Of a stretch of 64,000 bases of DNA, positions 55,554 through 64,000 are shown piece by piece. The notes beneath the pieces are model-generated. The model saw nothing but the letters and a program-made list of their open reading frames with translations, did not search any database and was not told the origin of the DNA. Origin of the DNA: Candidatus Methanomethylophilaceae archaeon (GTDB lineage Archaea > Thermoplasmatota > Thermoplasmata > Methanomassiliicoccales > Methanomethylophilaceae). The stretch covers positions 1 to 64,000 of the forward strand of contig JBMNQN010000001.1 in the NCBI GenBank assembly GCA_050944155.1, given 5' to 3'. Numbering within the stretch: position 1 is the stretch's first letter; every line of letters begins with the position of its first letter. The position numbers were made by a program, and so were the translations under genes.

Positions 55554-56891
55554 TCAGAGTCTTTTCTCTATCAGTTCTTTCACCGCATCGGCCACTTCCG
55601 CCGAAGAATACGCTCCTCCGGTCTTCCTGATAACGTAGCCTATGGCTTTGTTTGCGGCCTTTTCGTTTTTGCGGTAATCATCGACGATAGAGGGATTTCC
55701 GTCCAGATACTCTTCGACGATTCTGTCGAGATCTCCGGCCGCTTCCGATGCGACGGAAACATCCGTGCCGGTCAGGAAAGATTTGATGCGTATCCTGCAT
55801 TCGGTATCTGTGATTTCTCCTGCCTTGAATTTTTTCACGGCGTCCACGATTTCGGAAACGTCTCCTCCGCCGCGGGCTTCGAACGCCTTCCACCCGGAAC
55901 TTATCTGACCGGAAACCCAGGATTTCGCCGTTTCGGAATCGGTCTCTTTGGCAAGGGTTTCGAAGAGATGTGCCAGATCCAAAGAAGTGGATACGTACTG
56001 TCTCGCAGTTTTCTCGTCTATTCCGTACTGTTCGGAGATGCGGACTATCATCTTCTGGGGACTTTCTTTCAGAACCAGGGAATCAGCAAGATTTTTGATG
56101 TCGAAAACACCAAGATCGGGGTCGTCGATGTATCCGTAGTCGGATTCCGTCTCTTTCTTTCTGACGGAGACGGTAACTCCCCTTTCTTCGTCGAAGCGTC
56201 TGGTTTCCCTTACGACTTTTCCTCCGGCCTTCAGAAGCCTGGTCTGTCTGACCGCTTCGTACGTCAGAGCGCGTTCCACGTTTCTGAGACCGGTCACGTT
56301 TTTGACTTCGCATCTTTCTTTTCCGACGGATATGTTACAGTCGCAGCGGATGCTGCGTTCCCCGTCGTCGCCGAGATTCAGAGTATAACGGATATCGCCT
56401 ATGAGCTGTTTGAGAAATTCTCTCGCTTCCGCAGGAGAGGAAAGATCCGGTTCGGTGACTATTTCCGCCAGCGGTATGCCGGAACGGTTGTAGTCCACCA
56501 AAGACGAAAGATCGCCGGTTCTTTTGGTTTTTCCCGGGTCTTCTTCCAGGTGGATTCTGGTTATGCGTATGGGTTTTTTTCCGCTGAGACGGTAAACGCC
56601 GCCCAGTCCCACGGGACAGTCGTACTGGGTAATCTGATAGTTCTTGGCGTTGTCCGGATAGAAATAAATCTTTCTGGCAAACCAGATTCTGTCCGCCACG
56701 GTGCACCCGAGCATTTTGGCCAGAAGTATCCCGTATTCTATGGCCTTTTTGTTCATGGACGGTATCGAACCGGGAAGACCCAGACATACGGGGCAGACGT
56801 TCGTGTTGGGTTCCGCCTCCGACGTGGGACAGGAGCAGAACATCTTGGATTCGGTGGGAAGCTGTACGTGTATTTCCAAACCTATCTTCAC
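55554..56891 (-). CDS. gatB: Asp/Glu-tRNA amidotransferase subunit B
   Basis: IGLEIHVQL, CPVCLGLPG, YFYPD..KNYQITQ, HLEED.GK, DYNRSGIPL.EIV, EVKN. Confidence 0.93.
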   Translation of the reverse strand: MKIGLEIHVQLPTESKMFCSCPTSEAEPNTNVCPVCLGLPGSIPSMNKKAIEYGILLAKMLGCTVADRIWFARKIYFYPDNAKNYQITQYDCPVGLGGVYRLSGKKPIRITRIHLEEDPGKTKRTGDLSSLVDYNRSGIPLAEIVTEPDLSSPAEAREFLKQLIGDIRYTLNLGDDGERSIRCDCNISVGKERCEVKNVTGLRNVERALTYEAVRQTRLLKAGGKVVRETRRFDEERGVTVSVRKKETESDYGYIDDPDLGVFDIKNLADSLVLKESPQKMIVRISEQYGIDEKTARQYVSTSLDLAHLFETLAKETDSETAKSWVSGQISSGWKAFEARGGGDVSEIVDAVKKFKAGEITDTECRIRIKSFLTGTDVSVASEAAGDLDRIVEEYLDGNPSIVDDYRKNEKAANKAIGYVIRKTGGAYSSAEVADAVKELIEKRL

Positions 56892-58204
56892 GGTTCCGCC
56901 TCCGGTTTTATCATGTCGAAGTTTTTCTTCCATTCTTCCGCGAGGGAGAACAGAGCGTCCTCGTTCCAGTGGGCGGAAGCGAACTGGACTCCGATAGGCA
57001 TTCCGTCTCCGTCGTAGCCGCAGGGGACGGACATGTGAGGAATTCCCGCAAGGTCGGGAGGACACGCAAACGTTTCCGCCCTGTACGTTTCCGTCGGAGT
57101 CATTTCGGAAATCTTTCCGAATTCCGGCGGCACGAAAGGCACGGTCGGGGTGAGTATCGCGTCGTACTTTTCAAAAACCGAGCGGTATCCGTCTATTACG
57201 TTCTGACGCACCATTTTCGCCTTTGTGTAGTAACGTTCTCTGTATCCGGACATGCCGGCCAAAGTTCCGAGAAGAATCGTGCGTTTTGTCTCCTCGCCGA
57301 AATATTCGGAACGGAAGGACGTGAAATAGTCGTCGAATTTCAGTGTCAGATCTCCGTCCTGTCTTCCGTATCTCATGCCGCAGTAGCATGCAAGACTTGC
57401 GGAAGCTTCCGCGGCGACTATGACATGGCATGCGGGAACCGCGTATTCTGCGAACGGCATTTCGATTCTTTCGACGGTTATGCCCATATCTTTGAGTTTT
57501 TCCGTGCTTTCCGAGAAAGCCTTTTTCACCGCCGGAGATACGCCGCGGTCCGCGTCTTCGGGAACTGCGATTTTTCTCACCGTTCCGTCTTTAAGTTCCG
57601 GCTGAATGCAGGACGCAGGGTCCTTCGCATCTTTTCCGGACATAATAGTTACGTATTTTCTCAAATCCGAGGCGTCGGCGGAAAACACCCCCACTTTATC
57701 CAGCGAGCTGCTGCAGCCTATGGTCCCGTATCTCGATATTCTTCCGTAAGTGGGAACGAATCCGTAAACTCCGCAGAAACTTGCGGGAAGGCATACCGAA
57801 CCTCCTGACGAAACTCCGATCGATATCTGCCCGTCTATAAGCGCGGCGGCACAGGCCGCTCCTCCGGCGGAACCTCCGCAGGTTCTGTTCGGGTCGTAAG
57901 GATTCTTCGGAACTCCGAACGCGGAATTTACCGAAAAGTTTCCTAGACCGAATTCGTCCATATTCGTTTTCCCGATCAGCAATCCTCCCGCCTCTTTCAT
58001 TCCGGAAACGGAAGTGGCATCGAACGGGGGACGGTATCCCTCCAGAATCCTGGAACCGCAGCAGGTTTCCGTACCTTCGGCGGCAAAACAGTCTTCCGCG
58101 GAGAAAATAAACTTATGATTTCCCGTTTTTTCTCCGCCGGTCAGCGTTCTGAACATCCGGTATTTTTCGTTTAGCAGGGAAAGATCCTTCGGAAAAGAAC
58201 TCAT
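56888..58204 (-). CDS. gatA: Asp/Glu-tRNA amidotransferase subunit A (atypical catalytic motifs)
   Basis: GKTNMDEF, NPYD..R.CGGS.GG, PASFCGV.G..PTYGRISRYG, SSLD, FGEETKR.I.LG; located between gatC and gatB. Confidence 0.88.
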   Translation of the reverse strand: MSSFPKDLSLLNEKYRMFRTLTGGEKTGNHKFIFSAEDCFAAEGTETCCGSRILEGYRPPFDATSVSGMKEAGGLLIGKTNMDEFGLGNFSVNSAFGVPKNPYDPNRTCGGSAGGAACAAALIDGQISIGVSSGGSVCLPASFCGVYGFVPTYGRISRYGTIGCSSSLDKVGVFSADASDLRKYVTIMSGKDAKDPASCIQPELKDGTVRKIAVPEDADRGVSPAVKKAFSESTEKLKDMGITVERIEMPFAEYAVPACHVIVAAEASASLACYCGMRYGRQDGDLTLKFDDYFTSFRSEYFGEETKRTILLGTLAGMSGYRERYYTKAKMVRQNVIDGYRSVFEKYDAILTPTVPFVPPEFGKISEMTPTETYRAETFACPPDLAGIPHMSVPCGYDGDGMPIGVQFASAHWNEDALFSLAEEWKKNFDMIKPEAEP

Positions 58205-58473
58205 AGGAGTCTGGGCCCCCTTACGTAGTTTTCGTAGGTGTTCATGTCTCCGAGAAGAACTTCCGGGTCGATTTCTTTGGACGGAACGTCTTCTCTGGTT
58301 ACGTCGGCGACTTCCACCGGACCGATACCGAAGGTTTCGGATTCCGGTGCTCCGTCGAGCGCGGACAGGAATTCCAGTATTTCTTCCAAATCCCTGCCGA
58401 ACTTTTCGAACTCTTCTTCGGTGAATTTGAGGTGTGCGCCTCTCGCGACTTTCTCCAAGATTTCTCTGTCCAT
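58201..58473 (-). CDS. gatC: Asp/Glu-tRNA amidotransferase subunit C
   Basis: VAR.A.L..TEEE, IL.F...L, RED, YVRGPR; operon position. Confidence 0.88.
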   Translation of the reverse strand: MDREILEKVARGAHLKFTEEEFEKFGRDLEEILEFLSALDGAPESETFGIGPVEVADVTREDVPSKEIDPEVLLGDMNTYENYVRGPRLL

Positions 58474-58507
58474 TACAGACCCACACCTCAAAATATGCGA
58501 TTTGATT

Positions 58508-59050
58508 TTAATATTTGCCCGTCGGCCGTCCGATGAGTATTATAGTATTCAGAGTGACGGCGCCCTTCTCGAACGTCAGTTCTTTACCGGCGTCTTTCAG
58601 GTATTTCCCCATGTCGATGCCGTAAGCGCTTACCGAATCGACTCTCTGAAGAGGGTATCTGCATTCCGCATCGGGATACGTGCACGTGCCGCAGTATCTG
58701 CATCCTCCGTCCCCCAGTATTTTTACCGGGGCGAAGGGACGTATCATATCCCCCGCACGTCTGGTACTGCCGATCATTTCGTCGGAAACGCGTCTGACGT
58801 CTTTGGCGTTTTTAGGATCTACAACATACCTTCTGCGGACAAGGTACGCCTCGGAATAACCTTTCAGAATTTCGGAGCACTCTTCGATACTGCCCGTTCC
58901 GGGAGGACAGCCCCAGTTCGTTCCGTAGCATCCGCATTCGTTTTTTTCGCACAGAGTCCTGAACTCTTCCGCTTCGGGGGAAGTTTCCGGTACCCTGGTT
59001 TTCAGAACTTCGAACCCCTCCGTCCTCAGTCTTTCGATAAATCCGTACAT
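58508..59050 (-). CDS. predicted metal-binding protein (DUF2284-like)
   Basis: RTLC..N.CGCYG.NWGCPP, GGCRYCGTC..P...CRYP, SAYGID. Start uncertain. Confidence 0.8.
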   Translation of the reverse strand: MYGFIERLRTEGFEVLKTRVPETSPEAEEFRTLCEKNECGCYGTNWGCPPGTGSIEECSEILKGYSEAYLVRRRYVVDPKNAKDVRRVSDEMIGSTRRAGDMIRPFAPVKILGDGGCRYCGTCTYPDAECRYPLQRVDSVSAYGIDMGKYLKDAGKELTFEKGAVTLNTIILIGRPTGKY

Positions 59051-59144
59051 CTTTCCAAAGGTATCTTCCGACAGGGTTATATCGCTTTTCGGCGGCGGAG
59101 GGATTAATGATTTAAGCATGCAAACTTTACGACCGTTGATAACG

Positions 59145-59660
59145 ATGGCAGATGCAGCATCCAACAAGAAACTGGCCACAGCCATGAAAACCATGGATGA
59201 AGGAGATTTCAAGAAAGCCTATTCTCAGTTCAAAAAACTCACCGACGAATTTCCGGACGATGCGGAATGCTGGTATGCCCGTGCCGAGTGCGGAAATTAC
59301 GCGTCCGGAATGTTCGGCGCCAAAATCTCCGCCGACGAGATAATCTCCGCTTACGAGAAAGCCTGCGAACTGGATCCCGAGAACGTCGACTTCTACCAGT
59401 CCTACGGACTTTTCTGCATTTCTATCAACAAATTCGACGACGCGGAGAAACTGTACAACGAAGCCGCAGAGATGGACGAATCCAGGTCTTCCGCTCTTTA
59501 TTCCGAATTCGCCATAGAGTATTACAACACGGTGCTTGCGGGATACGGGGAAATCATGGACGACCCCAAGGCGCGTGCTCCCTTTGCAAAGAAAGCCCTT
59601 TCGTACATGCTCAAAGCGCTGGATATGACGCCGGAAGAGGCAAAATCCCTGCTGGAATAA
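59145..59660 (+). CDS. tetratricopeptide-repeat protein
   Basis: TPR-like helices (AYEKACELDPEN..FY..YG, AEKLYNEAAEMD). Confidence 0.8.
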   Translation: MADAASNKKLATAMKTMDEGDFKKAYSQFKKLTDEFPDDAECWYARAECGNYASGMFGAKISADEIISAYEKACELDPENVDFYQSYGLFCISINKFDDAEKLYNEAAEMDESRSSALYSEFAIEYYNTVLAGYGEIMDDPKARAPFAKKALSYMLKALDMTPEEAKSLLE

Positions 59661-59706
59661 GCTTTCCGCTGCAACGGAATCAACAAAAAACTGCAGATAA
59701 CAGAGA

Positions 59707-59784
59707 TGGTAGCGAGGGGTCGATTTGAACGACCGGTCTCCGGGTTATGAGCCCGACGGGATATCCTGGCTACCCTACCTCGCT
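59707..59784 (-). tRNA. initiator tRNA-Met(CAT), CCA encoded
   Basis: Reverse complement AGCGAGGTAGGGTAGCCAGGATATCCCGTCGGGCTCATAACCCGGAGACCGGTCGTTCAAATCGACCCCTCGCTACCA; A1-U72 pair and three G-C pairs in the anticodon stem. Confidence 0.95.
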
Positions 59785-59866
59785 ATACGTCGCTTTATTA
59801 GCCCTTAGTATATATCTTTTTGTACGGCCCCGGAAACGGGGTCGAAAACATCGCGAACGCGTGTTT

Positions 59867-60199
59867 TCAGAGGAATTTTTTCAGGAATTTCAGATCCTGG
59901 ATTTTTCCTTTGATTTTGACTTTGCCCGTGACGTAAGCCCTCATGGGTCTGAGTTCGCCGTCTATGAGCGCATTCAGATGCTCGGGGGTCGATATGACCG
60001 TCACGTCGGGGGTTTCCGTTTTTTCTTCTTTGAATTCGGTTATCTTCGAATCTTCGAGTTTTATAGTGTACACTTCGGTACCAAGGTCCAAGAGGAATGT
60101 TTTCTTGAGATGTGCGATTTCGTTCCGCAGTTCCTCGTCTTTTTCGCTTCTTTCGTTGAACTGTTTCACGAGCCCGTCCAAACGTTCGTACATTGTCAT
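59867..60199 (-). CDS. SCP2 sterol/lipid-binding domain protein
   Basis: PDVTV......L..LI.GEL.PM.AY..GKVKIKG...D. Confidence 0.85.
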   Translation of the reverse strand: MTMYERLDGLVKQFNERSEKDEELRNEIAHLKKTFLLDLGTEVYTIKLEDSKITEFKEEKTETPDVTVISTPEHLNALIDGELRPMRAYVTGKVKIKGKIQDLKFLKKFL

Positions 60200-60203
60200 G
60201 TAA

Positions 60204-60848
60204 TCACCAATCGCTGATTTTTGTGTTGGCCGCAAGAGTCGTCAGATTTCTGACGGACTCCCAGGAACACCTGGTATTCGGAGGAGGAACCCCCTTTTCT
60301 TTAATCCATCTTTCTATGAAATCCATCGTGACTCTGTCGCTGGGGTATCCGCTTCCCACTGATTCTCCGAATTCTTCGGATATTTCCTTTATTCTCCGGT
60401 CCCTTATCACTTTGGCGACGATCGAAGCGGCGGAAACCACAGGATATTTATCGTCGGCTTTGTGTTCCGCGACGATTTTGAATCTGTTTCCGCATTTTCT
60501 CGAAAGACGCGAAGAAAACGCCGAGGTGTTTACATCAGGGCAGTCGGCGTAAACCAGACCGGAAGGAAGCTTTCCGACTGCTTCGGCGAACATATCGAGT
60601 TCGATTTCGTTGAGAGACATTTTCTTTCTCAGGGAATCGATCTCTTCGGCGGAAACTTCCAGGAACTCCGTTTCGTAATTACCGAATATTTTTTCGTAAA
60701 GAACTTCCCGTCTGTGCGGGGTGAGTTTTTTGGAATCCTTTACACCCATGCTCATCAGGTCTCCGTCGGAATCGGTTCTGACAATGGCCACCACGAGAGG
60801 CCCCATTACCGAGCCTCTTCCTGCCTCGTCTATGCCGCAGTAATTCAC
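60204..60848 (-). CDS. rnhB: ribonuclease HII
   Basis: GIDEAGRG, DSKKL, HKAD..YPVVSAASIVAKV.RD, GSGYPSD. Confidence 0.96.
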   Translation of the reverse strand: MNYCGIDEAGRGSVMGPLVVAIVRTDSDGDLMSMGVKDSKKLTPHRREVLYEKIFGNYETEFLEVSAEEIDSLRKKMSLNEIELDMFAEAVGKLPSGLVYADCPDVNTSAFSSRLSRKCGNRFKIVAEHKADDKYPVVSAASIVAKVIRDRRIKEISEEFGESVGSGYPSDRVTMDFIERWIKEKGVPPPNTRCSWESVRNLTTLAANTKISDW

Positions 60849-60917
60849 GGAACCACCGGTTACCCGATACTTGGTAACCGTATATACTTTAAGTCGGACG
60901 AGTTATACGATGCCGGC

Positions 60918-61802
60918 ATGAATCTGAAATGCGACGTACAGTACGGGAAAACCGATTCCGAATTCAGGCTCACCCGTGTGGGCGTCACCGGAGTGAAAAA
61001 ACCGGTAATGGTCAGGAGAAAAGGAGAGAAAAACGAGTTAAACAAGTCTCTCAACTGTAACATAGACATTTTTGTCGACCTCCCGGCCGAACAGAAAGGT
61101 TCCCACATGTCCAGAAACGTGGAGGTCCTCACCGACGTTGTGTCCGAGAGTCTGAACGAACCTGTATCCGGTTTGGAAAATATGGCGGCAGACATGTGCA
61201 GAAAGCTTTTGGATCATCACGAATATTCGCAGACCGCAAACGTCTCCATAAGCGCGGATTACTTCAGGCCCAGAAAAACTCCCAACGGGAGGGATACCTA
61301 CGAAGTCTACAGACTTACCGCCGAGGCCGAAGCGGTACGCGGAAAGGGCGTGAGAAAAACCATCGGAGCAGAAGCCATCGGCATGACCGCATGTCCCTGC
61401 GCCCAGCAGACGGTTACCGAAATTCTCGGATGTTCCGGGGAGACGACGGTAATATCCCACAACCAGAGAAACGTCTGCTCCGCATCCATAACCATGGACG
61501 AAGATTTCGAAGTCGAAGCCGACGTTCTGATCGACATAATCGAAGAATCCTTCTCGTCGCCCACTTTCGAACTCCTCAAAAGAGAGGACGAAGGGAGAGT
61601 GGTCATAAACGCGCACACCAACCCGAAATTCGTGGAAGACGTTGTACGCGGAGTTCTCAGCAGGATAGTGGATAATTTCACGGAACTTCCGGACAATTCC
61701 GCGGTGGTCGTAAGAAGCGAATCCGAAGAGTCGATACACAAGCACAACGCATTCGCTCAGAGGGAGGCGACTCTCGGAGAGCTCAGAAAAGAAGCCGAAT
61801 GA
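60918..61802 (+). CDS. mptA: GTP cyclohydrolase MptA/FolE2 family
   Basis: LTRVGV, VDLP..QKGSHMSR, MTACPCA, SHNQR, LLKREDE, NPKFVEDVVR, ESIHKHNAFA. Confidence 0.9.
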   Translation: MNLKCDVQYGKTDSEFRLTRVGVTGVKKPVMVRRKGEKNELNKSLNCNIDIFVDLPAEQKGSHMSRNVEVLTDVVSESLNEPVSGLENMAADMCRKLLDHHEYSQTANVSISADYFRPRKTPNGRDTYEVYRLTAEAEAVRGKGVRKTIGAEAIGMTACPCAQQTVTEILGCSGETTVISHNQRNVCSASITMDEDFEVEADVLIDIIEESFSSPTFELLKREDEGRVVINAHTNPKFVEDVVRGVLSRIVDNFTELPDNSAVVVRSESEESIHKHNAFAQREATLGELRKEAE

Positions 61803-61803
61803 A

Positions 61804-62559
61804 TCAGATCGGTTTCAGTTTTTTATCCAAAATCGAGATGTCGTCGACGTAAATACCGTCGGGAAGTTCCAGATCGTTGAGGCAGCCCACCCAGTAGACC
61901 ACCACTCCGGGTCCGAAAATCTTCGTGTAGGGGATGAGCTGTTTTCTTGAGTTGTATCTGAATTCCACGTTGTCTCCGAAAGAGGCTTTGCTTTCGATCC
62001 AGAAGATTTTTTTCCCTTCGTACAGCATCGGCTCGTCCAGCAGACTGTCCGGCGTTTTCTCGAACTTTCCGCGCAGATCGTTTTCGGTTCTGTACGAAAT
62101 TCCCTGTCCGTCCAGCCACCCTTCGAGGAGGGACTCTCCCCATACTCCCCTTTCTTTCTGTTTCGCGGTTCCGTAGGGCGAGTAAATAAGATCGTTCTCG
62201 GTGGCTTCCCTCAGTTCCCGGGCAGTCTCTTCGCTTTCCAGCAGTTCCGGGTTTCTGACGAATTCCCAGAACTGTTTTTTCGTCGCTCCGTCTTCCTGGA
62301 AAATCATCATGGCCGTGAGAATGGGCGGGAAACGCTGCCTGTCGGCAATCTGCATTATGGTCTTTCCCTTCTTCCAATCTCTGAGCATGTATTTTGCGTT
62401 CTTTTTCACCACGTGAAACCGTTTTTTGACATCCCTGGAAACCTTCTGGGTCAGGAGGGATTCGAGCATCCTTCTGTCGTATCCTTCGGCTTCCAGTCTG
62501 TTTACGTCCGCTGCGGTCTTCAGGCCGTTGTATATTTTTTTGTATTCTGTATAATCCAT
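61804..62559 (-). CDS. C15orf41/CDIN1 (TPD domain) family PD-(D/E)xK nuclease-like protein
   Basis: KTPD.LL..P......I.WIESKASFGD, Q...Y...FGPG.V.YW.G. Confidence 0.82.
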   Translation of the reverse strand: MDYTEYKKIYNGLKTAADVNRLEAEGYDRRMLESLLTQKVSRDVKKRFHVVKKNAKYMLRDWKKGKTIMQIADRQRFPPILTAMMIFQEDGATKKQFWEFVRNPELLESEETARELREATENDLIYSPYGTAKQKERGVWGESLLEGWLDGQGISYRTENDLRGKFEKTPDSLLDEPMLYEGKKIFWIESKASFGDNVEFRYNSRKQLIPYTKIFGPGVVVYWVGCLNDLELPDGIYVDDISILDKKLKPI

Positions 62560-62563
62560 TTAA

Positions 62564-63913
62564 TCAGCCGTTCAGGTTTTTTACCAAGTCTTCGGCGGCG
62601 GAAAGGACCACGTCCTTAACCATGGATACCGGAGGGCAGTAAGCGTTTTCGGCCGAAACGAGAAACTCGTCGGCGGTCATGCCCGCAATTATTGCGGAGG
62701 TTAGCCAGTTAATGCGTCCCACTATGTTCTCTCCGGCAACCATCTGGGCTCCCACAATGCGGCGGGAAGTGCCGTCGGCGATGATTTTCACGGAGAAATC
62801 TTTTCCTCCGGGCGAGTATCTGGCTCTTGTAAATCCCTTGGATTTTCCTTCGACGGTACGGATTCCGTACCAGGAAGCCAATCCCGACGAAAGTCCCGTT
62901 CCGGCGACGTACATGTCGTCCATAACGCTGATCCAGGGGCTGGCAGTGGGTCCGAAGATTCTGTTTCCGCCGGCTGCGTTGCATCCGGCGATTTCTCCCT
63001 GTTTAACTGCGGAAGAACCGAGCTGGCTCATCGTGGGTCCGGGTGCGGCGGCAGACTGGCACTGTATAAGGTCGCCTGCAAGGTAAATGTCTTTCACAAG
63101 GCGTCCGCGTCTGTAGGGCTGGAGAGTGGGCGATACGGCAACCGCGCCCAGCATTCCTATGTCGAATCCAAGCGCCTTGGGGATATCCAGGTTTGCGCGC
63201 ACGCCGGTAGCAAAAATAACCATGCCGCAGGGATATTCCTTTCCTTTGGCCTTCACACCCGTGACCTCGTCTTTTCCGATTACGGCTTCCACGGGAGCTT
63301 CGGTGACTATTTCGACTCCTTTTTCTTCCATGTATTTTCTGACGCACAGTGCCACGTCGGAATCGGCTATGCGCGGAATCACCTGATCCATCATCTCGAT
63401 GACGGTGACCTTTTTTCCGGCATTGACGAAAGCCACGGCCATTTCCAATCCGATGACTCCCGCTCCGGCAATCACGATTTTATCGGTTTTCTTCATGCGT
63501 TCCTGGATTTTTTTGCCGTCCGAGACAGTTCTTACGGTGAACGCACCTTCCAGATCGGTTCCCGGTATCGGCGGAACGAAAACTTTGCCGCCGGTTGCGA
63601 TTACGAGAGAATCGTAACCGTATTTTTTCCCTCCCGCGGATACGGTTTTCTCTTCCGCATCCACAGAGTCGACTCTGAGTTTCGTCAGAACGCTGATGTT
63701 TTTCTCGCGTTTGTAGTACTCGGCATCATGCATTACGATGCTGTCCCAGTTGTTTTTTCCCTCCAATACCCAGGGTATTGCGCAGGGAGAATAGGCAATA
63801 TCTTCGTCTTCGGTTATGACCGTGATTTCCGACTTTGCGTCGTGTTTTCTGGCAGACGATGCTGCGGTCATACCCGCCGCGCCGGAGCCTATAATCAATA
63901 TCTTTCTAGCCAT
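62564..63913 (-). CDS. FAD-dependent pyridine nucleotide-disulfide oxidoreductase (NADH oxidase/CoA-disulfide reductase family)
   Basis: IIGSGAAG, YSPC redox Cys, LVIATG, GAGVIGLE, YLAGD, AYCPP. Confidence 0.9.
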   Translation of the reverse strand: MARKILIIGSGAAGMTAASSARKHDAKSEITVITEDEDIAYSPCAIPWVLEGKNNWDSIVMHDAEYYKREKNISVLTKLRVDSVDAEEKTVSAGGKKYGYDSLVIATGGKVFVPPIPGTDLEGAFTVRTVSDGKKIQERMKKTDKIVIAGAGVIGLEMAVAFVNAGKKVTVIEMMDQVIPRIADSDVALCVRKYMEEKGVEIVTEAPVEAVIGKDEVTGVKAKGKEYPCGMVIFATGVRANLDIPKALGFDIGMLGAVAVSPTLQPYRRGRLVKDIYLAGDLIQCQSAAAPGPTMSQLGSSAVKQGEIAGCNAAGGNRIFGPTASPWISVMDDMYVAGTGLSSGLASWYGIRTVEGKSKGFTRARYSPGGKDFSVKIIADGTSRRIVGAQMVAGENIVGRINWLTSAIIAGMTADEFLVSAENAYCPPVSMVKDVVLSAAEDLVKNLNG

Positions 63914-64000
63914 GTGGCTTACCGCTCCGTGGATGATACTGCGTATTATTAACGTTTCCCGGAATGCCGGCCGTATCGGGGCGGACGGTTCGGGAAAAGA

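Noticed and set aside
1-64000. Frequent TTCCG/CGGAA and TCCGGA words as a dispersed repeat family
   Set aside because: Mostly explained by codon preferences (TCC, CCG, GGA, GAA); true over-representation cannot be shown without a Markov-model count.

Overview
A gene-dense archaeal chromosomal window with no recognisable mobile element. The archaeal information-processing and ether-lipid genes (radA, cca, rpoN/rps9/rpl13/rpl18e, GGGP and DGGGP synthases, ipk/fni/idsA, nac), the anaerobic corrinoid/Ni/Fe-S genes and the apparent avoidance of TAG stops point to a Methanomassiliicoccales-type (Thermoplasmata) methanogen; this placement is an inference. It holds about 70 CDSs and 6 tRNAs (Gly-CCC, Val-TAC, Val-CAC, intron-containing Leu-TAA, Pro-GGG, initiator Met). 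The main highlight is a tightly coupled four-gene minus-strand operon at 37083-39066 encoding a eukaryote-like ubiquitination system: an E1, a ubiquitin-like protein ending GG-I with a Lys48-equivalent, a UBC-fold E2 and an Rpn11/CSN5-like JAMM protease, with no obvious E3. Other notable signals are two tandem, covarying, promoter-bearing structured RNA candidates between the tRNA-Val genes; an MscS gene interrupted by an in-frame TAG (candidate pyrrolysine read-through); an orphan acetyl-CoA-synthase-like gene with a Ni chaperone and corrinoid activator; a bacterial-type AspRS facing a gatCAB operon whose GatA lacks the catalytic Lys; and several apparent pseudoenzymes. All protein calls come from manual motif recognition; no database searches were run.
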